This document shows positions 51,032 through 64,000 of a DNA stretch of 64,000 bases, in pieces (within the stretch, counting starts at the first letter, position 1; the number at the start of each line of letters is the position of its first letter). The notes under the pieces were generated by a model, which saw only the letters and a program-made list of their open reading frames with translations, was not told the DNA's origin and did not search any database. A program made the position numbers and the translations under genes. The stretch comes from Zygnema circumcarinatum SAG 698-1b (taxonomy: Eukaryota; Plantae; Zygnematophyceae), in NCBI GenBank assembly GCA_037447605.1, contig CM074817.1:1612001-1676000 (forward strand), given 5' to 3'.

Positions 51032-54000
51032 ATGACTTCGGCGCAGGGGAAAGGTAGGCTTTCTCCTGGAAGCGAGAGAGATCGCGCTCCGTTCTCTGGA
51101 GAGCGGTTTGACGAGCTTAATGCCGCTTTCAGTCGTGGAAGAGGGGCCGGAGGGGTGGAGGAGTCGGACTCTTCGTCCTTGCTTGGCGCAGATGCGAGCA
51201 GGAGTGGGGAAACGGAGGGGAAGGATACGAGACGGAGTGGGGCTGGAGAGAGAGAGAAGGGCGATGTTAGGGCATTTGAGGTAGACGGTGAGGAGCCTTT
51301 GCAGCGTGATGCAAGCTGGAAGTTTTGGAATGGTGGCTTATTGAAGCAGTTACTCAGATGGTTGAGATGTTGGAAGTGCATATTAAATGCAGATAGAAAT
51401 ACAATATGGACTATAGCAGGGCCAGCATTGGCGCTGTTTGTCCTATTTTTTGGAAGCTCCATGTCAAGCAACAGGGAAGTGCCACGCATGCTGGCGGCTT
51501 TGTTGTGGATGGCCACGTGGTGGCTCACAGAGCCTCTTCCTATTGCGGTCACTTCCCTTCTCCCTCTCGCGCTCTTCCCTTTCTTAGAGCTAATGGAGGC
51601 GTCCGAAGTGGCGAAGTCTTATGTGAATGATACCATTGTTTTGTTCATAGGTTCCTTCATGCTGGCTCTTGCTGTTGAAAAATTCAACATACACAAGCGG
51701 TTGGCTCTTAAGGTCTTGCTGCTTTTAGGGCCAAGAGGGAGAACGCAGGGCATGGACCCACGCCTGCTTCTGTTAGGGTTTGTTCTCGGCCCCGGACTAA
51801 TTTCCATGTGGATAAACAACACTGCCACTGCCATTATGATGGTCCCTATGGCAGTTGGTGTACTTCATAAAGTTCAAGCAAGAATGTCTACTTCTGATGG
51901 CCAAATTCACTATGAAGCGAGCTGCCAGGCTCACCTGCAACCGGACGACGAGCTCCTCCGAGCTACTGAAGAAGCCAGGGGAATTTTCGCATCTTCTTCC
52001 GAGCTGCCAGTGCAGCGTGTGCCAGACGAAGCGGATACAAGCGAGACTGAAGCAAGACTCAATATGTCCCAAACTAGACGACCTGCATCTGCTGTAGCAG
52101 CCGCCAGGTCAGCGGAGACTGACCAGGAAGAATTGGGACTGGGCCGTCCTGACAAGGTTTCCAAAGTCCAATCTGTGGACCGTTTTCAGAATGTGTCTCC
52201 CAGTCTTGCCGCTGCTCAGGATCAAGTAGAGGAAACCACCATTCTTGTGAAAAATTCGTCTGGAAAAGAAGATCCTGAAGGCAGTGTGCAAGCCTCTTCA
52301 GACCACGTTCAGGAATTCAGCAAAGGTGTGGTGCTGGCAATTGCGTTTAGTGCATCGATTGGGGGAATAGCAACAGTCATTGGCACGGGGCCCAACCTCG
52401 TTCTCGCAGGGGTTTGGAGACACTTGTTCCCGGATGCGCCCCCCATCACATTCATGGACTGGTTCATGTTTGGCGCTCCGCTCTCGGGGGTGTTCCTTCT
52501 TGCTCTCTGGGGGCTACTCTGTGCTTGGTATTGCCCGCCGAAGGCAGTTCTCTCAATCTCAGCAGCTCTCGACTTGAGAGTGGTGGAGGATGAATATGCG
52601 CAGTTAGGTGAGGGGTCTGCTGCTTTTGCTTAAGTAGGGGTTGCAAGGTGGAGCAATGTTGGTAGCGCCTTTATGAAGTGACTTAAAGGTGTCTTGTGGA
52701 AGGTGTCTCTCTTAGGGAGAGATGTTTGTTGTTAGGACCACTTTTTGGGTCGGAAGTTCAAAAAGTGCATTCTGGGAATGGACAATAATCAGCTGGTAGG
52801 CGGTTGCAAATCACTGATATGCATGCACCACATATAGTACATTCCTATTGACACTATGTGCCCTCCGGCTCTCGCCCCAGCTAAATAGTAACAGTTGCTG
52901 AACCCCTTTTCTAGCGAAATTATGAATTTTGTAGGATGCAGAGGCGAAATTACATAAATGTGGAGATGGTTCTAGGGCTTAGGGCCATTTATGCACTTGC
53001 CATGTAGAACAAACACCTGTCACGAAATAGCCATTAAAGTTCATGATGTTGCAAAGTCAACATGAACTGCAAATTCTCTTCATTTCTTTTTTTACCTTTT
53101 TAACGTACTCACAGCATTCGATAACGAGCGAAGTCCATAGGAACAGTATACGTTAGGGAGGACGTTAAGTTAGAGTGGTTTGCTGTATGTAAATCTGCTG
53201 CCTGAGTTTTCTGTTGGCGTCATACCTTTTCCCTTCATGCAACTATATCCCATGCCTTATTTCAGACTGCAGCTCAAGGCGGACATACCTCTGTGTCTAT
53301 TGCAGGTCCCATCTCTTTTCCCGAGGGCGTTGTTCTGATTGACTTCGGGGTGAGTGTATGGGGCTGAGAGCCTCCGTTAGGGCCTGTTGCTGCGGACCAC
53401 TACTCTCTGCAGAGTCTCTCAGCTCCACTCTCACTTCCGCGTGCTCTCCTCTGCAAGTTCTGCCTGGGGTGGGCTCCGCCACAGCAATCCATGTAGACAT
53501 TGCACTGCATAGAATTTCAGTTCTATACTTGCCCTTAGAGTTCAAGCTGCTTATTTCAGCATGTCTTACTTCAAGCAGCTTCGACATATGCAGGAACGGA
53601 CGTTATTGCCATTGCGAAGCCTAACTGGGGTCTGGCGCATTGCTTAGGTGCTCATGCAGTTTCTCCTGCACTTCTATTGAGGTCGTTGGGTAACAGATGC
53701 AGATATATGTAGGTAGTTCGCATTGTAAACTAGTGTGATTTCTATCAACTTTCAGATATAGCATTCGAGGCATAGATGTTGTGTTCCTTCTGTAAGAGTT
53801 GCTTGTATGCATACGATCATGGCATACCGATCGATAGTCACAGGTTGCATGTTTGCTATTCTGGAATGGCAGGTCACACCCCTAATTTTGAACCTTCTTT
53901 TAAGTGATGTTTGGGCAGGTCCTTGCTTTGCTTTGGATGACACGCTCTCTCGGCACAGAAGAGGAGGACATTGGTGGTTGGGATGATATTTTCCACGATC

Positions 54001-55406
54001 GTGTTGATGATGGAACGGTTTCGGTAAGCGGTTTACTGGCTGAGCTGAGCTTGTATTGCAAACAGTTGTCCTTTTTGAAAATGGTAAAGAGTCTTTAAGC
54101 TCCAATCAAGCTCATTCATGTCATTGCAACACTTGCTAAATTTAACTCATTGCTGTCATAATGAAGAAACTTGTTTGGCATCTTTACAGTGGAAAAAAAG
54201 CCCAGAAAATAAATACAATTGAGTTAGTGGTGTTGGCGTCACTTCTCAGGAAAAACATGACTCTTGAAAAGTTCCATATTGCATCCCGATAATTATCCTT
54301 TTAATACTCCAATTATATCTACAGTTGCTTATGGGGGGTTCTGGGGTCCTATTGTGGTATAGATGGTAGCAGCACTTATCCTCTTTCTTATCCCAACTGG
54401 GAGGGCACCCGGTGAAAAGATTTTGGAGTGGAAAATGGTCGGGGATGTTCCGTGGAGCATTGTTCTGCTTCTGGGAGGTGGTGAGTTTGAGGGTTCTTTG
54501 CTGCCAGTTTCTCCTTCCCACTCTTTCCCATCCTGTCTGCTTCTCTTCTCCTTGTCAAAGTTACTTTTGCTGCCATCTTTGTTTCAGTAGTGATGGAAAA
54601 CAAAGTGTAGCAATATGCTTTCTCTTTCTTGTTTTTACGGATTGATACCATCATGTATTCTTCCGCAATTAGATGTATCCAAGGTATAAATTGAATCACT
54701 TAATCCCTTTTCCTTAGCAACATGAAAAATAGTGTCTACACCTTTGTTCGCCCTCCCGCAGGGTTTGCCCTCTCTGCTGCTGTAACTGAGAGTGGCCTCT
54801 CTGTATGGATCGGAGAACACTTGGCGGTCTTCCATTGGCTCCCTCCCACTCTCCTTGTACCCACTGTCGCCATCCTCGTGGTTTTCTGCACGGAATTCTC
54901 CTCCAATGCCGCCACTGCCACAGTGTTTCTGCCCCTTCTGGCGAATGTGGCGGTTTCTATGGGTCACCATCCCCTCCTCCTCATGCTGCCCGCCACATGC
55001 GCATGCTCCTTCGCCTTCATGTTGCCCATCGCCACCCCTCCCAATGCCATCGCCTACTCCACTGGATACCTCCGGATAAGGGACATGGCAATCCCGGGCT
55101 TCGTTCTAAACATTCTGGGCACTCTTCTTCTCTCAATAGCCGTGTTCACGTTGGGTGAGCCTCACGCCTCATGTCTTTTTAACTTCACGAGAACTGAAGG
55201 ATGTGGAAAAGAAGCGAAACGGCCTTTTGGACACCTTAGGGGTAAGTTGGAGAAGGTGTTTCTTTATCGCTCTGTGCACTTACGATCTTGTTTGTTCTTT
55301 GGGTGGCGGGAAAGGTACCGAAATTTGGGACCTTGATGCGAATGCAAAGGACCTTGTGTGGCTGCAAGGGCGGAATGACACTATGGTGCCTCCGCCGCCT
55401 CCTTAG
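51032..55406 (+). CDS. TDT: Tonoplast dicarboxylate transporter (SLC13/DASS); exons 51032-52607, 53306-53349, 53919-54023, 54363-54480, 54762-55154, 55315-55406 (last exon tentative)
   Basis: WMATWWLTEPLPIAVTSLLP, LAVEKFNIHKRLAL, SMWINNTATAIMMVP, ASIGGIATVIGTGPNL, LWMTR, PWSIVLLLGG|GFALS, TEFSSNAATA, AFMLPIATPPNAIAY. Exon phases are consistent. Confidence 0.92.
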
Positions 55407-56157
55407 GCCGGAAATGGGAAGGCAGGGGCCTGCCACGTGGAGGTCCCCAAACCATGGAAAATGGGCTCCATTAAGGAGCCTGAGGACTTAGGACGGCTCC
55501 ATGTAACAGTTACTGATTGAGAATTCTTTCATTTTTTTATTCCTATTTTGATCATTTCTCCAGTCGGTGTCGGTGTCCGCTATACATTTGTCTGTAAAGT
55601 AGAAACTGACATCGCTCGTTGTCAAAAGCCACTTGTCTCCTCGTGAGTATGACAATGCCACTTGGCTCCATCCCATGCGGCACCCTCTGCATGTACGTGT
55701 GCACAGACAACAGCACATTGCTAACGAGGGATTGTCCCTCAACCAGAAATGAATGTGTGAGAGGGAACGCCCGTTGTTCTTGTGCTTTTCGATGGCATGG
55801 GGTGTCTGACACTAGTACATTTCTGCTCATGTGAAGTGTTTGAGTACATCATCGTGTCACATGCAGTTTTCTATTTAGTACACCGTAGACGAACAAGCAA
55901 GCACAGCCTCGCAGCTGTAGGAGACGACCCTTTCCATGCAGAGCAATCCCAAAATAACTTCAAGTAACATGTAAAAGAAAACAAACTTACAAATTCGGAC
56001 CCGTATATAGAGTATGATTGTACATAACCTGACCCAACATGGTCCTGCGCTTCAGTTCTTCAGCGGACAGTTTTGTCCAAGGAAAATACAGAGCTCGCTA
56101 CTTTAGCGGCTCAGCACTGAGGTTAATGGCTAACCGGGAGCACCTTCCTTCCAGCCG

Positions 56158-58610
56158 CTACAGTAAAAGCCTCTCCACCACCATGGGCATGCCAAACTTG
56201 GGCTTCAAAGTAAGCGCTGTTGACGGACAGTGACGGTAATTTGGAGCCATCGTCCACTTGAAGCTCTGAAGAATGAGAGCCAAAATCATTTTCACTTCTG
56301 CCATTGCAAAGCTTTGCCCCACACAGCTCCTTGGTCCAGTACTGAACGGCAAATAGGCCATAGGATGCTTCACAGCACCACCCAACCCATCAGCAAACCT
56401 TTCGGGTCTAAAGTCGTCTGCATCCGGTCCCCAAACATCTCTCTTTCGATGGATTTGAATAAGCGGCAGAACGATCTCAGCCCCTTTCTTAACCCTCAAA
56501 CCCACAAGAGAGGCATCTCTCCCGCACTTCCTCGCAAGTACAGTCGCTGGTGGGTATATTCTTAGACACTCAAGAACAACCATGTCGAGATTCTTCAGTG
56601 CTTCTAATTGCTCAAGGGTAGGGAGTGGACCCCCCTCCTTTCCATCACAATCTTCTTTTCTGCAGACTCGTAAGACCTCTTCTCTGCTCTTCTCCTGCCA
56701 TTCCGGATGCTTGGCCATAAGAAACATCGCCCACATGAGAGTCCCAGCAACAGTCTCATGTCCAGCCACCACCATAGTGATGCATTCAAACATCAGTTGC
56801 TGGTCAGTCATTCGACCACCTTCAATTCCCACCTCCTTTGTTTTGGACTTTGAAGTGGTATTTGAATCGTTTGGGAAGCTCTCATCCTTTGCCTCAAGCA
56901 TGAACTCCAAAAGATCAGGAGAAGAAGGTTCTGAGGTCGCTCCATAGCTCGCTTCCACGAGTCTGCTTTCTTGAGCACTTCTCCTTCGGCTGATCAGTCC
57001 AAGGAGAAGTCTCTTAATGGTCGCTTCATCATCCATTAGCTGTCGATTCATTGCTGTCGGTAACCACCTGAAAACCGCATTCCACAGAAGATGATTGAGA
57101 TCAAGAATTCAGTTTAAGGTTCACTTACCTTCCTAGCAATCAGGATTACAGTTCGCTGTAGTGGGAGAATACACGTCTGAACGTCTTCTTGAACGTGATC
57201 TCACCTGTAAAACGGAAACTGGCCTCCATTTGCGAGCCAAGTTGGTACTAAGTCAAAATATCGGCCCAAAACTCTGACTGCTTCCCGTGATACTTCACGC
57301 ATTCCGGAAATGTCGGCACCGAAAGTTGCTCTTCCGATAGCTTCTAAGGAGAGCCGGGAGAGCTCTTTGTCCATATCAAGAACGACTGACCTCTCTAAAG
57401 TCATACGGTCCACCCACGAGCTCACTGCATCTTGTGCACACACTCCCACAGCTTCAACCAGATGCTGTACAAAACAACCACAGATCTAAACAAAGTAAGG
57501 AGCAGAGAATGAGGTAGAAAGAAGGGAGGAAAAACAGGTCAAAAAGGGTTTGGAAAAGCTGAAATCCAAACAGGGTCGTCCAAGTAGGTGTTTCATCCGA
57601 CCTTAATGTTTTCTTTCTTGAATATGGGGGCGATCATCCCCCTTTGCCGCTCCCAAAGCTCTCCTGAAGAAGAGGACAGTCCGTTTCCGAGCAGTCTGAA
57701 CCCCTCCCCCGCTTCTATCTTTGGAAAATCGTCGTTTTTGGCGACATAAATTTGGCGAATGAGGGCCGGATCGGAAGTTACAAGGCGGGGAGTGGAGCCG
57801 AAGCAGTATGTGTAGGTTGCACCAAACTTCTTCTCCATCATTTCAAGGAAAGGAATAGCCATTTTTACAGAAGGTCGTTCCTTTGCAGCCGCCCGTTTCA
57901 TCTGGAAAGAGAGATTTGTATAGAGAAAGACAGACATATATAGATATGAGGAAAAGCACAGTGAGATCTAATGCAAAAGGGAAGGCTATAAATGATGTAA
58001 GATCTGCGGCAAGGCAAGAGACACAGTAATGTATGTAGTGAAGCAAGTTGCTTTCGTTACGAGGTGAAGAAATGCAACAGAATTATAGGTCTGCCCGGAC
58101 AGGTTAAGTTAGCATCTCAGATGCACACGTTGCAGAAGGTAGAAGGGTGTTTCAGTCAGCAGTCGCTATCAAAACATAAGCAAGCTTAAGGGTCTATGCA
58201 ATGCCGGAATAACGACCGAGGAGTCATATGAGGGAGAAGGGGATCAAATCGCAATGTGAGCGCGTTCGGAAATGGCGGCAAGAAGAGAATATAACGAAAC
58301 TCCAGCAACTTCAAGAGGAAGAAAAAAAAAAAGCAAGGGGAAACCCAAAAACATGCCAAATAGATAAAAAATCGCTTCAGTCGCTGCAGACATTGTAAAG
58401 CTTTCAGAAAGTGCGGAAACGCACCTCTTGAATGTCTGGGATGTTTCCCACAAAGGGTCGAAAGTCGCAGCCGGGAATGCCCTGGCGACGGAAGCGGTCG
58501 ATCATCGCTTGTGGCCTGAGCCAGTAGCGGTGGTACAGCCACAACGCAACGAGCAGCACTAGGGGCACAGCCACTGTGGACACCCACCAGGAGGCAGGAA
58601 CTCCGGACAT
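56158..58610 (-). CDS. Cytochrome P450, CYP72 clan-like; exons 58610-58425, 57901-57602, 57464-57205, 57067-56158
   Basis: N-terminal anchor, LWLYHRYWLRP...RRQGIPG, GNGLSSSSGELWERQR, I-helix AGHET, K-helix ECLR, RPERF and the heme motif FSTGPRSCVG. Confidence 0.92.
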
Positions 58611-59661
58611 GCTGCAGGGCAGACTGCAGCTTGAGGGATAAAGAGTGCAGAAAGCAGCTTCGGCCTTGGGGAAAGTGGACTATGGAATGGCAAAGGAGAT
58701 GGCAGTGTTGAGAGTGGGATTTAGGGAAAGGCGGTGGTTGGCTTGGTTACAATAATGGAAGGAAAGGGCTGAAGGCCTGCTACTCCTGGAAAAACGACAG
58801 AATGAAAACCTTGAGACTTGATTGCATGTGTACGCCACTATGAATTACAGGCTGAAAATTAAAAAAAGCAGTTTGAGTTTGAGCTCATGCAAATGAAGCA
58901 ACAAATACAGCCTGGACCTTCCAACTTGATACTGACTCGTGATCTTTGCTCCACCAAGAAGGTACCTCGAAAGCAAATACGCAATTGGGATACATACATT
59001 CGGCGACATCATCACCAGAAAAGGACGCTCGACATTGAGAAGTCAAGTGTTTGAAACAACTTGGATATGCATTCTTAACAGTAAATGCAATACATAAATG
59101 ACGACACAGTTCGTCAAATTGCAAGAATGTTTCGAGATTGGAAGAATACCTTTACCCTGTACTCTAGCGAAACGAAAAGAATTAATTTGCACACAAACTC
59201 TGTTGCAAAGGTTTGCATAAAGACCCGTGCAGCACGTCCTGTTTTATTTTTTTTCTGGATATACATGGCATAACTCCGACATGGCATAGCTCAAGTTCTT
59301 CAAACGACTGCTCAGCCAACAAGCGAGCAACGAGCTCTCTTTCTAGAGACCAGCAATCTCAAGACTAGCGGCGCCGCTGTACAGATTTTTACGCACAATC
59401 CCTTCTTAACTCCCCCCAACTGCAGTCAATAGCTGCAGCTGAACCTGCATTCGGCCCTCACCTTAAAGAGCTGCAGCCGGGAGATGGTTTGCCCAAGACT
59501 CGGAGTTGTGCGAAGATCATTACAATATGAGGACGTGATGCTGTGAACGAGAGAGGAATCTTGCAAGAAAGCCTCCACAAAGAGGAGTCTCGTGGAAGAA
59601 AACAGAAAGTTCTGACGCCAAAAAGTTGAAACTCTAAAATCAGCGCTCTGCTCTGCCCGAG

Positions 59662-62600
59662 ATGGCGGGCCGCCTCTCAGCGCTGGCTGGATCGTTTGCG
59701 CCTTCCCTTATTGGAGAAATCTCGCTCCTTGCTGAGCGATGTGGAGCCATCAACCTCAGCGAAGGTATGGTTGCGCTTCATTTGAATTTAGGGCTTTTGA
59801 GGGTGTTTTGTGTCACTAAAAAATCTTGTTCTTTTCAGATCAAATGCATTAGGTTGCAGTCTTGGCGTTTTAGTATTCCCTAGAAAAGCTGACAGCTAAT
59901 TCTGGCAGTTAGCTGTTTTGGGTGATTTCCAAACCCTGGACTGCCGAATCTGTGACTCTCTTGCTTTTCCCAATTCAATCATTTTAGTGTGGGTTATCCG
60001 AGGTGTTTACTTGAATTTATTGTTTGCGAACGCTTGAAGTTCCGATAGCAAACGAGTCTCCTCTCAAGCGTCTCTGAAAGCTGCTCTTTGATGCCTGTTC
60101 CCCTACATTGTTCCACCAGCTGCAAAGTTGGAACACACTTCGTGCATGGCAAGGTTTGAAGTTTATGGGGTTCAGGATTTCCAAACTACCCTGCTCCTTC
60201 CTTTTTGAAGGATGCTGCTGTCGCTGCCATCACAGGAGACATCAATCAATACAGGTGAATCGACCAGCCATATTTGAAATGCCTCCCATGAATGGCACGT
60301 TTGGCCCATTTTCATTATTTTGAACAGCAAGTCATGGCGTGCATGCGAAAGTCTGTACAGCCTCGCAGTTGGCCTACTTGTTTAGTCACTACACCTTAGT
60401 TCGAATGAGCTGCTTTCCCCGCTCGTGGATTCATTCTAGACCCTCTCATACCCCTCATTTCCAACGATATAGATCATACCCCACAAGAAAGACTGGAGAC
60501 ATCCTTGACTCCTCGTTTACGCATTCATTTGTTCTTTTGTGTGTCTGTTGGCTCTCCTCCTGCGAACACAGCTATCGTCAAGAGCTGCTCGAAGCTATTG
60601 CAGGAAAGTACTCGGCGAGGTTAAGTATTCACGTGGATACGACGGAAGTTGCGATCACCTGCGGGCAGTCGGCCGCACTCGCATGTGCCCTCCTGGCAGG
60701 TCAGGACTCTCTGAGCTCCTATTGAAAGTAGTATTTCCGTGCTCGTTTTATTGCAGAGACAATACAGTTAGCACTACACAACATTGGGCAAGCTGAGCAT
60801 TATTTACTCACTTAAAAAGAGAGGAAGATAGGACGTGCTTGGTCCTGCAAGGCTTGGGCAAAGTCTCGATATCTCAAGAGGAAGGAGAACTCTTTTCGAG
60901 CCTTTTCACAACGAGCAATCCAACCGGCTCCTCACTTTGGCTTGACATTTGCATTGTATGTGGCATCCCGGCATCGGGTTCTGCATTAGGAATATCCGAT
61001 AAAGCCCTTTTGAGTGGTTAGAGAGTGAATACTCAATAGCTCTCCCTTGGGGAAGGGCCCTTGCAGTGCTGAACCCTGGGGATGAAGTCCTGATCCTTGA
61101 TCCTTCCTACGAAACCTACAAAGCATGTGTTTCAGTTGCCGGTGGAATACCAGTGAGTGCTACAAGCTGTCTCTCCTGCTTCTATATACCTGTGTATTAC
61201 CTTGTATTATTACCTGTGTGTTTGCACTACTTTTCAGCATCCTCTTCTTTAAATTATTTACTCTCGCTTTCTCTCCCCCCTCTCCCTCGCTCCTCGGCTA
61301 CTGCGCTTCCACCTTCGCTAAAGCCATCATTTGAAGGTCCACATCCACCTCAGCGCATTACATTTCCTTTCTCATGTTCCATACTATGATCCGTCACATG
61401 TACGGAGAGCAAGAGAGCAATAAACACGGGTTTCTTTGTTGGAAAGATTGAGTATATGATAGTATTCTTCATGGTTTTGAATCTCCTGCTTGATGCGTGG
61501 GGAAGGAGGACAATAATGGAAGTCACGTTCTAATGTCGCTGGAGGAGCTTAAGGGAGGGGATACATTTTTAGGTTGATGTGACGGCTTCTGGAGATACCG
61601 AGCAGCAATATGAAAGCCTCTTTGTCACTGTTGATTGAGTGGAACTATATGGTATTCGAAGAGAGGACGGGGCTTAATTAGTGATGATCTACATACAAAA
61701 CGTGGTGAACTTCAAGGAATTATGGCAAGAAATTGATGGAAATGTGTTCTCTGGGTCATTTTTGTGAGCAGAAATATGTACAGCTTCAGCCGCCTGACTG
61801 GAAGATCACACGGCCCTCATTGGAGGTTGCAATCAGCTCCAAAACATCTGCCATAATCATAAACAGGTATGCGTCCATTCCTAGGGAAGTCAATGTAAAG
61901 ATCTTTTATCTCCTCATTTGTACACATCTCACATACTGAGCTTCTGATCCTGATTCCGGGAAGCATGAAGCCCCTACCACCACTTTTGCAAGTCAAAATA
62001 CTCTTCAAACAATGCCGAGTGCATGATGTATAACCGGCTTCTTCTCTTGTTTTGTTCCAAACCTCGCATTCTTCCTCTCTCCCTCCCTCAACCCCATTCT
62101 CTGAACAGTCCGAACAATCCCACAGGGAGAGTTATTACCGAAGCCGAGCTCTCATTGGTTGCCGAGATCTGTACGGAGCATGACCTCATCGCGATCACTG
62201 ATGAGGTCTGCCCATTTATATTGAACTTACGGAGCCTTTATTAACATATGTTTGTGCTTTCGTGGCTGTTTGGCGTACAAGAAGATGACCCAGCTCAAAA
62301 GTTTGAAGTGAATTTAAACACATCAATGTTTTTCCAGTATTTTGTGTTTTTGGGTAGTGAAATTTATTGATTTTTGGAAGCTGTTTCAGAACTTTAGGGT
62401 TACAACTTTAGGGTTACACTTGTACCTTCCGCCCAACACTCCCCGCACGGGCTTTTCGGTTCAGTTTGGTTCAGTTTGGTTGGTTCAGTTTTTCGTCCTC
62501 TCTTCCTAATTTGCAGGTGTACGAGTATCTCGTCTTCGAAGGGGCTCGACACGTCAGCTTAATCTCATTGCCCGGAATGCGTGAAAGGACCATTCTGACT

Positions 62601-63771
62601 TCCTCCATTTCAAAAACTTTTTGTGTCACAGGTGAGGTCACCTCTAAGACCACGAAACTAAGGAATCAAGCTCTCGGATTTTGGTGAATTTTACCCAAGC
62701 AAAGGGTAAAATTAAAATGTAGACTTCAGGATGACCGAAAAACCAAAACAAAATGTTGATATAAAACAGGAGCTTAAAGTTTAAATTGAGGTGAACTTAG
62801 CTTGAAGCTGCTAATGCATGAGTGCCAAGAATTGCTTTGTTTTGAACGAGAAAGGAGAGGACCTATGTGTGTGTTGTTCCTTTCAGGGTGGAGAATAGGG
62901 TGGGCTATTGCCCCAAAGGAGATTGCAACTGCTATTGCCAAACTGCATTGTAAGCTCAACGACTCTCCGCCTGCGCCATTCCAAAAAGCGGCAGTGCTTG
63001 CCTTGGCCTCTCCCACGGAGTATTACGTCCGGCTAGTTGAGGTAGGTCAAACAGAAGAAAAGGGTCTAGGTTCAAACACAGCATATTGGGTGTTGAAAGG
63101 CTTTTGGGAATGGTCTTTTGAAGTTTAACTGCAGTACTGTGAGCTCTGAAAATCATTGAATTCACGGGACGGAAGCGGTGAAGTCTTGTAATTTGGGGGG
63201 TTTTGGGATGCCTTTCCTCCTCAGGAGTATGAGGAGAAGAGGGCGATGCTTTGTGCTGCAATAGAGAGCGGCGGTCTCAGCATTCCATCTCCGCCGCAGG
63301 GGGGAATGTTCGTTTTTGCCGAAATTCCACCTTCTTTTGAGGGGTCGGATGTGAGTGCGCTTCACACTTGCACCCACTTCCCTCCCCACTCGCTCCATCC
63401 TCGCCCTCCCTCTCCCCTCTCCCCTCTCCCTCACCTCTCGCTTCATTTGTCACTGTTTTCGCAATCGAAAACAACTGAAAACGCATCCTGAATGTGTATT
63501 GCTTCGTCTTCTGGGTCGCCTGTGATTTCAGTTTGATTTTGCGAAGGATCTTATCAAAAAAGCACGAGTGGCAGTTGTCCCCGGATCCAACTTCTTCCAT
63601 GCTGACGATGCGGAGACCATGGAAAGAGACAAACAGGAAAGAGGTGGGAGAGAGGTTGAGTCCAAAAGAAATAGGTACGTGCGAGTGGCTTTCTGCAAGG
63701 CCGAGCAGACCCTCAAAGAGGCAGCGGCAGCCTTCCGGCAGTTTGGCGAGGAATATCATGAAGATAAGTAA
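59662..63771 (+). CDS. Class I/II PLP-dependent aminotransferase (kynurenine/methionine aminotransferase-like); exons 59662-59764, 60176-60254, 60572-60699, 61067-61152, 61772-61866, 62109-62205, 62517-62631, 62887-63041, 63225-63350, 63532-63771
   Basis: AINLSEG|FPNYP, INQY, LNPGDEV..DPSYETY, N|SPNNPTG, ITDE|VYE, the PLP-lysine motif SISKTFCVT|GWRIGW, and YVRVAFCK. All ten exons join in frame. Confidence 0.9.
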
Positions 63772-64000
63772 TAGGGTTTCAAATTTTTAGGGTTCTTAGG
63801 AATTATAGGGCATTGAGGTTGAAGGGTTTCGAGATGAAGAGACGAGGAGTATTTCCTGGAGAGCCTCTGTAGAAAGAGCCCCAAGGAGTTGAGAACGTTC
63901 GAGGTGCTAGTTACATGTGTTGTATCAACGAGGTCTTTGGGCTTTCCAGGGTTTCAAAGGTTTTTAGTATTCTTAGGGAATTCATCTGTAATTATTAATG

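Noticed and set aside
62394-62420. TTTAGGGTT repeats as interstitial telomere
   Set aside because: There are only two spaced copies in an intron, too few to support the call.
63590-63680. Charged insertion near the aminotransferase C-terminus
   Set aside because: It is a variable surface loop before YVRVAFCK; I cannot show that it is unusual.

Overview
Eukaryotic nuclear DNA with GT-AG introns, CT/GA microsatellites and ten 10-N scaffold gaps. The gene set is plant-type but divergent; my inference is an early-diverging streptophyte, possibly a zygnematophyte alga. No rRNA, tRNA or CRISPR is supported. Exon structures were reconstructed by hand for: a WTF1-like PORR protein (5'-truncated), a B12D/NDUFA4-like protein, plastid RPL27 head-to-head with plastid RbfA/RBF1, an EF-hand-less CDPK-superfamily kinase, nucleoporin SEH1, three intron-containing single-repeat (3-TM) SemiSWEET/PQ-loop-like genes, a tandem pair of GT14 glycosyltransferases (second copy apparently frameshifted), a tonoplast dicarboxylate transporter, a CYP72-clan P450 and a class I PLP aminotransferase. 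Mobile DNA includes a decayed Ty3/gypsy element, an older related LTR whose internal (CT)n-GGAAC motif has expanded into a 46-unit minisatellite, and an RT-less Ty1/copia element with intact termini and TSD. There is also a nest of MITEs (ANT-target, TA-target, hAT-type and a 700-bp foldback) at the GT14 duplication junction. The most notable observations are the half-size SemiSWEET-like gene cluster with altered binding-site residues, the LTR-born minisatellite and the ANT-target MITE family verified by empty sites inside the window.
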